Below are positions 27,505-38,026 of a stretch of DNA of 64,000 nt, one piece after another; the first letter of the stretch is position 1; each line of letters opens with the position of its first letter. The notes beneath the pieces were generated by a model. The model saw nothing but the letters and a program-made list of their open reading frames with translations, searched no databases and was not told the origin of the DNA. The DNA lies in NCBI GenBank assembly GCA_965216635.1, contig OZ244188.1, forward strand, positions 1,760,001 through 1,824,000, given 5' to 3'. This DNA comes from a bacterium. Lineage in GTDB: Bacteria > SAR324 > XYD2-FULL-50-16 > G965216635. The position numbers and the translations under genes were made by a program.

Positions 27505-28269
27505 CTACAGCCAGCTGCCTATAGCCTGTATAGGCTTTAAGTCGCCTTTCTCATTAACCCACATAGCCACAGCGTATTTTTTTACTTCTTTATAATTTCT
27601 GGATGGCAAATCAAAAGACCAAGAACCAGTCTTAGAATCCATCTTTAAATATTCCAAGACAACAAATTCCTGAGGTAGAGTCTTTCTCGCATTTTCCCCT
27701 GCTTTGACTTGTGTTTTAATCCCAAATCCTAATAATACAAAGTGGAGTTGTAAATTTTTCTGGGTTAAATTTTTCTGGGCTAAATTTTTATGGGCTAAAT
27801 TTTTCTTATCGCCTTTATAGGCGATTATGATTTTATTATTTTGAATAGAGGCTTGTAAAAAATGGTTGTTATTTTTTTGTTTATTTTTAAGGGCGGACAA
27901 GCTACCTCCTCGCCATTCTTTTCCATTAACAACAACACCCGGTGTATAGACAGAACGAACTTTTCTTTCTCTGCGGTAACGTTTTTGTCTCTTTGTAGCT
28001 TGAGTTTTACTGTAAGGGTCTTTCCAACCTAAATAATTCCAATAGTCTACATGAAAGGCTATGGGAATATATTTTTCCCAAAGGTCTTTATTTTCTTTAA
28101 ATTGATTGAGCCATTTTTCCGCAGGCGGACAACTACTACAACCTTGCGAGGTAAATAACTCAATTAAAACAAATTGTTTGCCTTGACTGGTTAAAAGCCT
28201 TTTCTTTTCTTCTGCTTGAACAGTAAAAAATAGGAAAAAAAATCCTAAGAGAAATATTATTTTTTTCAT
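27505..28269 (-). CDS. DUF1223 thioredoxin-like secreted protein
   Basis: ELFTSQGCSSCPPA, FHVDYWNYLGWKDP, YTP; signal-peptide start MKKIIFLL at 28269; 15-bp KNLAQ repeats. Confidence 0.9.
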   Translation of the reverse strand: MKKIIFLLGFFFLFFTVQAEEKKRLLTSQGKQFVLIELFTSQGCSSCPPAEKWLNQFKENKDLWEKYIPIAFHVDYWNYLGWKDPYSKTQATKRQKRYRRERKVRSVYTPGVVVNGKEWRGGSLSALKNKQKNNNHFLQASIQNNKIIIAYKGDKKNLAHKNLAQKNLTQKNLQLHFVLLGFGIKTQVKAGENARKTLPQEFVVLEYLKMDSKTGSWSFDLPSRNYKEVKKYAVAMWVNEKGDLKPIQAIGSWL

Positions 28270-28374
28270 TAGATTGAATGAATTGAAATTTTTAGCTAGT
28301 ATATCCTTATAAAAGAAAAATTGCAAATCTATACCGCAGTCTTTAAAAAGATAGGGTGATTTCTTTAAAAAATA

Positions 28375-29229
28375 ATGTCGCAAAAAATAAAAATAATAAC
28401 TATCATAGGCAGTAACGGAGAAATGGGTGGAATTTTTAAATCTTCATTTCAAAAACAAGGCTTGAAAGTAATAGGAATAGATAAAAAAACACCCTCCACG
28501 AAGTGGGAAAGTTTGCTTTCTAGCTCACAAATGATTATAGTTAGTGTCCCCATAGAAAAAACCCCTGCAGTAATACAAAAAATCTTGCCTTATTTAAAGC
28601 CTCATCAGATTTTATCCGATTTTACATCTGTAAAAAAAGAGCTTTTTCCTCTGTTTCAAAAAACACAAGCCTCTGTGATTTCCGCTCACCCCATGTTTGG
28701 AAAAGTAGAAAAAATTCAGGCACAAAAAATTGTGCTACTTCCAGTTCAAGAAAAGGGCTACCTAAAATCTGTAACCGAGCTTTATAAAAAGCTGGGTTTA
28801 AAAGTTCAAATAATCAAAGATTGGCAAAATCACGATAAGTATATGAGTGCGATTCAAGGCTTGTTGCATTTCAGCCAAATTGCACTTGTGAAGACTCTAC
28901 GAAAAACTAATCTTAATTTTCAAACTCTGTTTTCTATTTGCAGCCCTATCTATAGTATTACTTTTGCGGTAGCTTGCCGTATTTTAATGAGAAACCCAGA
29001 ACTTTATATGCATATATTAATGGACAATCCTAAAAACACCCAACTTTTGGAAACATTTATTGCAGAAACAAAAAACCAATTGGAGACCATAAAAAACAAG
29101 GATAGTAAAGAATTCTTAAAAGAATTCCAAATGTCTAAAAAATTTCTTAGTCCTAATGCAACAAAATTAAAAGAACTTGGAGATTTTCTTGTTTGTATGG
29201 TGCAAGAAAAAGAATCCGCAAACAAATAG
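28375..29229 (+). CDS. tyrA: Prephenate dehydrogenase
   Basis: IIGSNGEMG, VSVPI, DFTSVK, HPMFG, HDKYMSAIQGLLH. Confidence 0.9.
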   Translation: MSQKIKIITIIGSNGEMGGIFKSSFQKQGLKVIGIDKKTPSTKWESLLSSSQMIIVSVPIEKTPAVIQKILPYLKPHQILSDFTSVKKELFPLFQKTQASVISAHPMFGKVEKIQAQKIVLLPVQEKGYLKSVTELYKKLGLKVQIIKDWQNHDKYMSAIQGLLHFSQIALVKTLRKTNLNFQTLFSICSPIYSITFAVACRILMRNPELYMHILMDNPKNTQLLETFIAETKNQLETIKNKDSKEFLKEFQMSKKFLSPNATKLKELGDFLVCMVQEKESANK

Positions 29230-29242
29230 AAATTTTTGAGAA

Positions 29243-30862
29243 ATGCAACTAGAAACTCTTTTACCCAATCAAGACAAAATAAAAACAGAAAACCTAGATG
29301 CTCAAATCAAAAAATGGGCAAAAGCAATACGCAACGAAGAACCTTTAATTATAGAAGAAAATCAAAAACAGAATTGGCAAGATTTTTGTGAAAAAGTTTG
29401 TCAATTTGCCATAACTTGGGGGGAAGACGCTTCTGGCGAAACTACAGGAAAAAAGCCCTATTTCTATAACCTTTTCCAACTTAAAAAAAATCTATCTATC
29501 GCAGAACACCAACTTTGTTCTGTTTTAAAAAAGCTTAATTATAATTGGGATTGGTGTGATTTGAAAATAAAACAGGCAGGGGTTCGTGAAGACTACAGCG
29601 AAGAAGTTATTAAACAAGCTGAATCTATTATTTCAAAAAACAACGAGCAATCTTTTTTAGCCGAACAAACTACTGATCAGCAAACCCATTTAGATGCCTA
29701 TAGCATAGATTCTTCTAGAACAAAAGATTTTGATGATGCTATTAGCGTAGAAAAAATCAATAATGTTTATTTTATTAGACTACATATCAGCGATGTAGCT
29801 TCTTTTATCCCCTTTACAGAAAATTCTCCTTTACTTGAGCATCTGCAAACCCATATATCTTCGTTTTATACTCCTGCTAAAACTTATCACCTATTGCCTC
29901 CCATACTAGCAGAATCTTTCTTTTCTTTATTAGAAAATGAAAAAAAATCTGTTTTTACCTTTGAATGGCAATTAGACGAAGACGCTTCCATTCAAAACTA
30001 TAAAATTTATCGCTCCAGTATTTGTGTTAAAAAAAATTTATCTTATAAAACAGCTAGTGAAATGATAACAAGCAACAAAGAATGGAATTTTTTATACCTA
30101 TTTTGTGAAAAATTGCTTCAAAAAAGAAAACAACAGGGAGCTCTGATTTTAAACCATAAAACTGTGAATGTAGCATCACAAAACGAAAAAAAGATCGTTA
30201 TAGAACCTGTAGATCTTGATAGTCCCGCACAAAGAATTGTCAGTGAGTTGGCTATAGCCGCAAATAGCTTGTTTGGAGATTTGGCAGCCCAAAACCTACT
30301 CCAAGTAATTTATCGTTGTCAAAATCCTTACCGAGTTATCTATCCCAATGATCCCTTACAAATTAGAGATGTCCAAATTTCTAAGGCTTATTTTTCATTA
30401 ACAAATAAAAGACACGCTGGATTAGGAGTAAAAAACTACATTCAAGTCACTTCGCCTATTCGTAGATTTAGCGATCTTTTAAACCAACTGGCTCTACTTT
30501 ATTGGTTAGAAAAAAAACAACCTGTGGTAACTCAAAAATTAAACAAAAAATATTTTTCTTTTATAAAAGACAAAATCACTCAAAAAACAGATTGTTTTAA
30601 AAAACTGGAAAAAAATATTTTAAATTACTATAAACTCAAATACCTAGTGCAAAATTTAAATTTACCTTTTAAAATAAAACTCATAAAACAGTTAAAAAAC
30701 AGTTCCTTAATCCATTTCGTAGATTTAGATTTTGCCCTTAGATTAGGAGATGGAAGCCTTCCTCTTCCTTTAGAATCGGGACATCTTTACCAAATAAAAA
30801 TAAAATCTGTAGATTTACCAACCCAGAATCTGCAAATAGAAAGTTTTTGGAAGGCAGACTGA
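29243..30862 (+). CDS. RNB-domain exoribonuclease (RNase II family)
   Basis: SIDSSRTKDFDDAIS, HISDV, HAGLG..YIQVTSPIRRFSDL. Confidence 0.9.
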   Translation: MQLETLLPNQDKIKTENLDAQIKKWAKAIRNEEPLIIEENQKQNWQDFCEKVCQFAITWGEDASGETTGKKPYFYNLFQLKKNLSIAEHQLCSVLKKLNYNWDWCDLKIKQAGVREDYSEEVIKQAESIISKNNEQSFLAEQTTDQQTHLDAYSIDSSRTKDFDDAISVEKINNVYFIRLHISDVASFIPFTENSPLLEHLQTHISSFYTPAKTYHLLPPILAESFFSLLENEKKSVFTFEWQLDEDASIQNYKIYRSSICVKKNLSYKTASEMITSNKEWNFLYLFCEKLLQKRKQQGALILNHKTVNVASQNEKKIVIEPVDLDSPAQRIVSELAIAANSLFGDLAAQNLLQVIYRCQNPYRVIYPNDPLQIRDVQISKAYFSLTNKRHAGLGVKNYIQVTSPIRRFSDLLNQLALLYWLEKKQPVVTQKLNKKYFSFIKDKITQKTDCFKKLEKNILNYYKLKYLVQNLNLPFKIKLIKQLKNSSLIHFVDLDFALRLGDGSLPLPLESGHLYQIKIKSVDLPTQNLQIESFWKAD

Positions 30863-30999
30863 AAAAATAAGAGCCTTTTGAGGCTTTCGCATTTTAGGAA
30901 AGCTTGGCTAGGCAAAAAAAAAATTTAACGCTTGCTTTTACTAAACTAGATAGGCTAAATTTTTATTGGCTAATTCAAAGGTCTCAACAGTCATTAATA

Positions 31000-31629
31000 A
31001 TGAATATTTTTACAATACTTTGGCAAACCATTTTTACTCAACCCTTGTGGTATCTTGTTTTGTGTTTATTTTACCTTTTAGGAACATTTCCCTCAGGCTA
31101 TTTTGTAGCAAAATTTTATGGCAATATAGATATTACTAAAGTAGGAAGTTTTAGCAGTGGTTCTACAAATGTAGCTAGAAATATCAATAGAGGTGCGGGT
31201 TTAATCACTTTTGTTTTAGATATTTCTAAATGCTTTCTTGCTCTATGGTCAGTAGATTTTATTGTAGAGGCTAACCATCTTTTTTGGTTACAAATAGCAG
31301 CTTTTTTGGTATTACTAGGACATAGTAAAAGTGTGTTTTTAAAATTCCGAGGTGGTAAAGGAGTAGCTTGCAGTTTTGCTATTTGGTATTATCTGAGCCT
31401 GCCTACAGGTGTGATTGCTTCTGTTGTTTGGTTTTTATTTTACCGTTGGAAAAAAATAGTAAGTTTAGCAAGTATTATAGTTCACTCGCTTATTCCTATA
31501 CTGGTTTGGGTTTTTAATAAAGAATTTTTTTATTTGTCGCTAGTTCTTTGTCTCTATATTATTTTTTTACACCTTCAGAATATCAAAAGGCTATTACGGA
31601 GGGAGGAGTTTGTATGGACTAAAAAATGA
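31000..31629 (+). CDS. plsY: Glycerol-3-phosphate acyltransferase PlsY
   Basis: GS.SSGSTNVAR, DISK, GHS..FLKFRGGKGVA, H..NIKRL; start taken at the ATG at 31000. Confidence 0.93.
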   Translation: MNIFTILWQTIFTQPLWYLVLCLFYLLGTFPSGYFVAKFYGNIDITKVGSFSSGSTNVARNINRGAGLITFVLDISKCFLALWSVDFIVEANHLFWLQIAAFLVLLGHSKSVFLKFRGGKGVACSFAIWYYLSLPTGVIASVVWFLFYRWKKIVSLASIIVHSLIPILVWVFNKEFFYLSLVLCLYIIFLHLQNIKRLLRREEFVWTKK

Positions 31630-32363
31630 GATTTTATTTTTATACAGGTGAGCTCAAACTAAAAACAACGGTTGAGATTCAATCTAATATAGTAAAAAAA
31701 GTAAGAAAAAATAAAAAAATAAAAAAAGGAGATTTACTTTATTTTCAAGACATACAACAAAAACGATACCAATGCTCCGTATTAAAAATAAAATCTAGTT
31801 GTATAGAATTTGAAGTTATTAAAGAAGTGCTTTTTGAAAAATCAGATTTTTGTTTTTCTTTATTTATACCCTATATTAGAAATAAGGAAATAGAATCACT
31901 GCTCTTTAAAGCAACAGAAATAGGAGTAGAAAAATTTTGTTTTTTTGAAAGCAATTATTCGCTACGGTTTCCTGAAGGAAAAACAAGAGAAAATAAGTTT
32001 AAAAAGTGGAAAAGTATTTGTCAATTAGCTTGTGAAAACTCTGGCAGAGGCACCGTTCCCGAATTAATTTTTGCAGGGAAAATATCAGATGCTGCCCGAA
32101 GTTTAAAAAAATGTGGTATTACTTTTTTTATTTTACACCCTGAATCTAGCACCCAAAAAATAGATTTTCACAAAGAAATAGATCTTCTAAGGTATCTTAA
32201 ACAGGTTGCCGTTTTTGTAGGACCCCAAAAGGGTTTTAGTGATGCAGAAATTAAAAATCTAGATTGTGTAAATTTGAGCTTAGGGAAAAATGTTATGAAA
32301 CCAGAAACAGCCGCTTTGATGGTATCGGCTATATTTATCTCCCAAACCTATAAACAAAACTAA
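31626..32363 (+). CDS. rsmE: RsmE-family 16S rRNA methyltransferase (divergent)
   Basis: KATEIGV, ACENSGR, VGPQKGFS..E, LG...ETA. Confidence 0.82.
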   Translation: MRFYFYTGELKLKTTVEIQSNIVKKVRKNKKIKKGDLLYFQDIQQKRYQCSVLKIKSSCIEFEVIKEVLFEKSDFCFSLFIPYIRNKEIESLLFKATEIGVEKFCFFESNYSLRFPEGKTRENKFKKWKSICQLACENSGRGTVPELIFAGKISDAARSLKKCGITFFILHPESSTQKIDFHKEIDLLRYLKQVAVFVGPQKGFSDAEIKNLDCVNLSLGKNVMKPETAALMVSAIFISQTYKQN

Positions 32364-32365
32364 CC

Positions 32366-33718
32366 ATGAATCCTATTCAACAATTTATCTTTTACTGCCT
32401 AATCCCTATTGCTTTTGTTTTTTTATTAGAGCGATTCTTTTTCTCCTACTACTTTCAAAAAACAGAAAAAAGAAAAAATTTTATTAGAAATACAAAAGTT
32501 TTTCACCCTAATAATATCAGTAAATTTCGTTATCCGGTAGGTTTTTTGTGTATTGCAATTTATCATTATTTTTCCCCCCAACTTGCTCTCCTTCTTTGGG
32601 CGATAAGTATGTTGACTGATTTAACCGATGGCACTATTGCTCGCCACTACAAAATGTCTACTCCACAAGGAGCTTCTATTGATCCTCTATCGGATAAGTT
32701 AATGCTGTTACCTCCCTTGTTATATCTAGTTTATCTACAAGTAGCAAACATTTGGCTAGTGAGTGTTTTTATTGTTTTAGATCTTGTAGGACAGTATTTA
32801 CGCCGCTTTAAGTCAAAAAAACAGGCTAATGTGTTCGGTAAAGCCAAGACATTTTTAATCGTTATTTGTTTGAGTTTAGCTTATGTTCAGCTAACCTACT
32901 GGGGAAAAATTTATTGGGATTTCAGCGATCGTTTAGTGGTAGCTATGGTTGGATTATCGGTTGCGAGTATTTTTTTTCGCTTTATCCCCAACAACTGGTA
33001 TGGTAATTTTTTAACCTTTACAAACTTTTCTTGCGGCGTTGGAGGCATAATACTCATTATCTACGGTTTTCGTATAGAATATGCTTTCTTACTCATCTTT
33101 TTTGGACAATTTTTAGATCTTTACGACGGCAGGGCGGTAAGAAAATGGGGGGGTACTTTGCGCGGTGAGCTTTACGACGACATAGCAGACGGCACAAATT
33201 TTGGAGGCACTGTCAGTTTTATCATTTTAGCAGTGGTGAAAAACTACTGGCTTTCTATTCCTTTAGCCGTAATTTACTTTTGTTGCACAATCTATCGCCT
33301 TTACCGTTTTATCAAAAACAAACGCGAGCAAAATATAGATGGCGATAAAGGAGTAACAGTTTTTGTAGGCATGCCTTCTCCCGCTGGTGCTTTTTTTGTA
33401 GGTTCTAGTCTTATTCTACTAGAACAAACCCATTTTTTTTCTTGGAATGCTGAAACAAGAATCGGTTTGGAAATTGCCGTAGTGCTTTTAAGTTCTTTTT
33501 TGATGATTTCTAAAATTCCCTATATTCATTTTGCTCAAATTATACTCCCGCGTATATCCAATATTATACAAGCCGTAAGTATGATAGGAATTATTCTTTT
33601 ACTCCTTTGGAGCATTAAAAATTCTGATTTCTTTTTATTGATTATTCTGTTTTGGACAATGTCCGTAATTTATCTGATTTCCGGAATCCAGCAATGGTTA
33701 CAGAAGACTAAAGAATGA
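32366..33718 (+). CDS. Two-domain CDP-alcohol phosphatidyltransferase
   Basis: Two DxxDGxxxR...GxxxDxxxD motifs; C-terminal half has PssA-like GMPSPAG. Confidence 0.85.
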   Translation: MNPIQQFIFYCLIPIAFVFLLERFFFSYYFQKTEKRKNFIRNTKVFHPNNISKFRYPVGFLCIAIYHYFSPQLALLLWAISMLTDLTDGTIARHYKMSTPQGASIDPLSDKLMLLPPLLYLVYLQVANIWLVSVFIVLDLVGQYLRRFKSKKQANVFGKAKTFLIVICLSLAYVQLTYWGKIYWDFSDRLVVAMVGLSVASIFFRFIPNNWYGNFLTFTNFSCGVGGIILIIYGFRIEYAFLLIFFGQFLDLYDGRAVRKWGGTLRGELYDDIADGTNFGGTVSFIILAVVKNYWLSIPLAVIYFCCTIYRLYRFIKNKREQNIDGDKGVTVFVGMPSPAGAFFVGSSLILLEQTHFFSWNAETRIGLEIAVVLLSSFLMISKIPYIHFAQIILPRISNIIQAVSMIGIILLLLWSIKNSDFFLLIILFWTMSVIYLISGIQQWLQKTKE

Positions 33719-34479
33719 AATTCATTATTTTTTTTCCTCTAGTAATACTACTACTAGTTTTATCTCCTATTATTTTTTTTTGGGCATACTTTCTCCCTCA
33801 AAGTTGGCAAACACAGATACTAAAAATTACTTTGAAAATTTGGTGCAAAAGTATTTTACTCAGCTTTGGGATACGGCTGCGCTACTGCAAAAAACCATCA
33901 GCTTCTTTTATAAAAAAGCCTCTTCTCATTCTCAGCAACCACCAATCCTATATGGATATTGCCTTGCTAATATATTTATTTCAGTGCGGGTTTATTTTAA
34001 AATCTTCTTTGATGTTTACCCCTTTTGGTTGGAGTGCTGTTTTTTTGGGCTCTATATCGCTGCGCCGTACTAGTATTTCTAGCTTTAAGCAAACTAGAAA
34101 AAAATGTGAAAAAAGATTAAGGCAAGGCGTTAGTCTCTGTTTATTTCCCGAAGGAACTCGCAGCAACGGCGAAAAATTACTACCTTTCAAAAGAGGCTTG
34201 CTAGATTTTTATTACCAAAACCAAACCCCAACACTTGTTCTGGCACATTACGGCAGCCATTTGATCCTACCTAAAAATAGTTTTTTCCCCGCCTTTGGGA
34301 AAACGACGGTAGCCTACAATTGCGGCATCATAGAGCCTAAAAACTATGCCAGTTTGAAACAATTTATAGAAGCCTGCCAACAGGAGACAGCTTTAGGACT
34401 CAAAGAAGCAAAAAATATCTATACAAAGATACATCAACAAAACAAACAATGCAAAACCAACAAAGAAAAGAAATTTTAG
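33715..34479 (+). CDS. plsC: 1-acyl-sn-glycerol-3-phosphate acyltransferase
   Basis: NHQSYMD, FPEGTRS, FKRG. Confidence 0.9.
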   Translation: MKFIIFFPLVILLLVLSPIIFFWAYFLPQSWQTQILKITLKIWCKSILLSFGIRLRYCKKPSASFIKKPLLILSNHQSYMDIALLIYLFQCGFILKSSLMFTPFGWSAVFLGSISLRRTSISSFKQTRKKCEKRLRQGVSLCLFPEGTRSNGEKLLPFKRGLLDFYYQNQTPTLVLAHYGSHLILPKNSFFPAFGKTTVAYNCGIIEPKNYASLKQFIEACQQETALGLKEAKNIYTKIHQQNKQCKTNKEKKF

Positions 34480-37400
34480 ATTATGATTTTCCTCAAGGCA
34501 TCAGCTTAATTGAAGCCAACGCTGGAACGGGAAAAACTTTTTCTATAGAATTACTTTATCTTAAAGCTTTGCTAGAATTAAAACTAGAAGTGCAACAAAT
34601 TCTGCTGGTTACTTTTACTGTAGAAGCCACACAGCAGATGAAAAAGAGAATTTTTGATACTTTACAAAGATGCTACGATTTTTTTTCTCAGCAGCAAAAT
34701 AAAGCAGAAGATTTCCCACTACAACAGTTTTTAGAAAAAATACAAAAAGAAAAAAATTTAAGTGTAAAAAAGATCACTCTTCTTTTACAAAAAGCAGTGG
34801 TTCATTTTGACGAAGCCGCTATTTTTTCTATCCATAGTTTTGCTTCTCGTATCAACAAAGAATCTTTTATTAAAGGAACTATTGGCACTGCTAGTAAGCT
34901 CCATGAAAATTTAGCAAGAAATGCTGGAGAGGAGTTGTTTTTTGTTTTTTGGATAGCTAAAATTTTACCCGATACAGATTATGCTAAACTTTGTTATCAA
35001 ATTTTAAATAGGGGAGAAAAGGAAATTTTATTAAAGTTTTTCCAAGAAATTATTAATAAAATTGATATAGTGGAGATTGTAGGAAATTCTGAAGTTATAG
35101 AATTTTCTAAGAATTTAGAAACATCCTCTTCTGAAAAACACTTTCCCGTTTTACAAGAAAAATACTCCCAGTTACAGAAAAAATGGCAATGGAGTGATAT
35201 AGAAAAACTTTTGGAGACGAGCAAAATTTTTGTCAACAAACAAAAATCAACAGTTCAAAAACATTTTCAAACTATCCAAAAAAAATTGACATCAGAAACA
35301 CAGTCTGTAGAAAATTGGCACGAGGCTACTAAAGAGCAGCAGTCTCCTGCTCTAAAATATTTTATAGCTTGGTTTAGAGAGATAAGTTCTTTTGCTGACG
35401 CAAAAAAAAATTTAGCAACAAATACGGCTGCTTCTGCACTACAAAAATATATTTTGGCGCAGAACGATTTTACTTCTTTTTTGAGAGTGGATTTTTTAAA
35501 ATTCGCAAAAAAAAAGTTTGCTGAATATAAAAAAGAGCAGCAACTCTATACTTACGATGATATTATTTCTTCTTTTTATACTCTTTCCAAAGAGCAAGCT
35601 AGTAGTCAATTCCAATTAGTCATTATTGATGAATTTCAAGATACCGATGAAATTCAAAGCCAAGCCTTTCTCAATCTTTTTCACTCAAACAATACAAGAA
35701 TGATTTTAGTCGGAGACCCAAAGCAATCTATTTTTCGTTTCCGTGGCGGAGATCTTTTCACCTATCTGAAAATGAAGGAGCATTTTGTGGCAGATCAATC
35801 CTATAGATTAGATAAAAACTGGCGTTCACAAAAAGAAATCGTAGAAATGGTTAATTTACTTTTTTCACCGCCTCGTAGTTTTTTACTAGATAATTTAGAA
35901 TATTTTCCTTCTTCGGCGATTTTAAAGCAAAGTGAAGGAGTGTTTTTTGAAGAAAAACCACAACCAGCATTTAAAGTTTGGGACTGTGCTTGGAACGAAA
36001 AAGAAACCAAAGAAAGTTTGGAAAATAAAATTTTGCTGCATCTAGCTGGTGAAGTCAGCCGTATGATAACTTTGGGACAGCAAGAAAAATTGATGGTGGG
36101 AGATAAAAAACTAGAACCAAATATGATTTGTATTTTAGTTCCGACCAATGAAAATATTTATAAAGTTCGCCAATATTTAGCAAAATTGGATATTTATGCC
36201 AGTGCTATAAGCAAAACTCTTTTGCTAGAAAGTTTGGAATTTTTGGAATTTTGGAATCTATTGCAGGCTGTTTTTTATTATAAAGATAAGAAAAAAATCC
36301 GCACTGTACTGTTAAGCCGTTTTTTTGGCTATTCTTTAAGCGAACTTTATGAACTGGAAAAAGGCTACAAGTGGGAAAAAATTTTAGAAGAATTCCGATT
36401 ATTTCACCAAATTTGGGAAAAAAAAGGTTTCGCTTTGATGATAGAAAAACTAGTGAGAAAAAAACAGATCCTAAAAAACTTGCTGAATTATGGTTATAGG
36501 AGCGTGGCTAATTTTTACCACAGTCTAGATTTTTTTTTAAATATTTTTAAAGACAATCTCAAAATAGAAACACAGATAAAAATTTTAGAAAATCTATCGG
36601 AAGAGCTATCACAAAATTCATCCAAAAACAATTTAAGGGTAGAATCGGATACCAATGCGGTTCAAATTATGACAATCCATAACAGTAAAGGGTTAGAATT
36701 TCCCATAGTTTTTTGCCCTTACCTTTGGAAACCCTATTCTCCTTCTAATATTCCTTCTCAAAAATCTTATTTTTTTCACTCCCCCAATAAAGCCAACAGG
36801 CAAACACAAAACCCAGAAAAAAACAAAAAAATACTATCTTATGATTTGAGTAAGCAAAATCTTTATAAAAAAACTATTCAAGAAGAGCAAGAAGCAGAAA
36901 ACCGTAGACTCCTATATGTCCTACTAACCAGAGCAAAACATCAAATCCATCTTTATTACAGTGAAGATTATTCGGCTAAAAAACAATCTCCTTTTGTAGA
37001 ATTATTAGAGCAACTTAAAAAAACAGAAAATTTCGCAAAATGGACTAAAAAGCTACCTTTAAATTCTGTCCCAGATTTTGAAAAATTCCGTTTTCCTAAA
37101 ACCACTCTTAAAGAACCCAAAAAATGGATGCGACCGCTCACTGCTGTCAAAGAAAGTTATAGCTTTTCTAGTTTAACGAGCCAAAAGCAAAGTAGCCTAC
37201 CAGAAACCCAAAAAGAAATTTATAAAAAAATTATAACAAATGAAAAAGAGTTTAAAACAATAAGTGAAAAAGACAGAGTATTTTACCTTCCTTCCGGCAT
37301 AGAAGTGGGAAACCTAGTGCATCAAGCTCTGGATTTTTGGCAATCACAGCAAACCAAAACCGAACAAGAAAAAAAAGAGCATCTTAAAAACTTTATCCAA

Positions 37401-38009
37401 AAAAAGCTGCCTTTTTTTAAGATAGAAAATTTTTGGATAGATACTTTATTTACGCTTTGTCAAAAAAGCTACTATCACCGTCTCCAAATTGCAGACTCTC
37501 AAACATCGCTTTTAGAAATATCTCCGCTAAACAGGACTGGGGAAATGAAATTTCATTTAGATTTAAAAAAAAACGAACTGGTAGAAAAAATCCTTTTCCT
37601 CAGTCAAAAAAACCTCACCAACAAAGTTTTGCAGTCTTTGAAGGAAATTGTATTACAATTTACGAATAAAGAATTTCAAAATATTTGCGCCGGTATCATT
37701 GATTTGGTTTTTTTCTACAAAAAGAAATATTATATTCTAGATTGGAAAACAAACTGGTTAGGTGATAAAGTAGAAGATTATCATTCTGAAAATTTAGACA
37801 AGGCTATGCTTAAGCACAGCTATTTTTTACAATATTTTCTTTACTATTTGGCGTTGGAAAAATTCTTATTTGCTAAAAACTCTCCCTATGGGATTGGAGG
37901 AGTATTTTATCTTTTTGTAAGAGGGTTGAGCTTTGAAAATCTAAATTTAGGAGTGTATTTTGATAAAATGGATTATATGCAACCGTCTATGACCGAGCTT
38001 TCACATTAG
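34449..38009 (+). CDS. recB: RecB helicase-nuclease
   Basis: EANAGTGKT, IDEFQDTD, VGDPKQSIFRFRG, TIHNSKGLEFP, YVLLTRA, C-terminal GIIDL..DWKTN. Confidence 0.92.
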   Translation: MQNQQRKEILDYDFPQGISLIEANAGTGKTFSIELLYLKALLELKLEVQQILLVTFTVEATQQMKKRIFDTLQRCYDFFSQQQNKAEDFPLQQFLEKIQKEKNLSVKKITLLLQKAVVHFDEAAIFSIHSFASRINKESFIKGTIGTASKLHENLARNAGEELFFVFWIAKILPDTDYAKLCYQILNRGEKEILLKFFQEIINKIDIVEIVGNSEVIEFSKNLETSSSEKHFPVLQEKYSQLQKKWQWSDIEKLLETSKIFVNKQKSTVQKHFQTIQKKLTSETQSVENWHEATKEQQSPALKYFIAWFREISSFADAKKNLATNTAASALQKYILAQNDFTSFLRVDFLKFAKKKFAEYKKEQQLYTYDDIISSFYTLSKEQASSQFQLVIIDEFQDTDEIQSQAFLNLFHSNNTRMILVGDPKQSIFRFRGGDLFTYLKMKEHFVADQSYRLDKNWRSQKEIVEMVNLLFSPPRSFLLDNLEYFPSSAILKQSEGVFFEEKPQPAFKVWDCAWNEKETKESLENKILLHLAGEVSRMITLGQQEKLMVGDKKLEPNMICILVPTNENIYKVRQYLAKLDIYASAISKTLLLESLEFLEFWNLLQAVFYYKDKKKIRTVLLSRFFGYSLSELYELEKGYKWEKILEEFRLFHQIWEKKGFALMIEKLVRKKQILKNLLNYGYRSVANFYHSLDFFLNIFKDNLKIETQIKILENLSEELSQNSSKNNLRVESDTNAVQIMTIHNSKGLEFPIVFCPYLWKPYSPSNIPSQKSYFFHSPNKANRQTQNPEKNKKILSYDLSKQNLYKKTIQEEQEAENRRLLYVLLTRAKHQIHLYYSEDYSAKKQSPFVELLEQLKKTENFAKWTKKLPLNSVPDFEKFRFPKTTLKEPKKWMRPLTAVKESYSFSSLTSQKQSSLPETQKEIYKKIITNEKEFKTISEKDRVFYLPSGIEVGNLVHQALDFWQSQQTKTEQEKKEHLKNFIQKKLPFFKIENFWIDTLFTLCQKSYYHRLQIADSQTSLLEISPLNRTGEMKFHLDLKKNELVEKILFLSQKNLTNKVLQSLKEIVLQFTNKEFQNICAGIIDLVFFYKKKYYILDWKTNWLGDKVEDYHSENLDKAMLKHSYFLQYFLYYLALEKFLFAKNSPYGIGGVFYLFVRGLSFENLNLGVYFDKMDYMQPSMTELSH

Positions 38010-38026
38010 TTTAGAAAAAAACAAAC

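Noticed and set aside
34449..38009. recB without adjacent recC/recD
   Set aside because: The partners may lie outside the window
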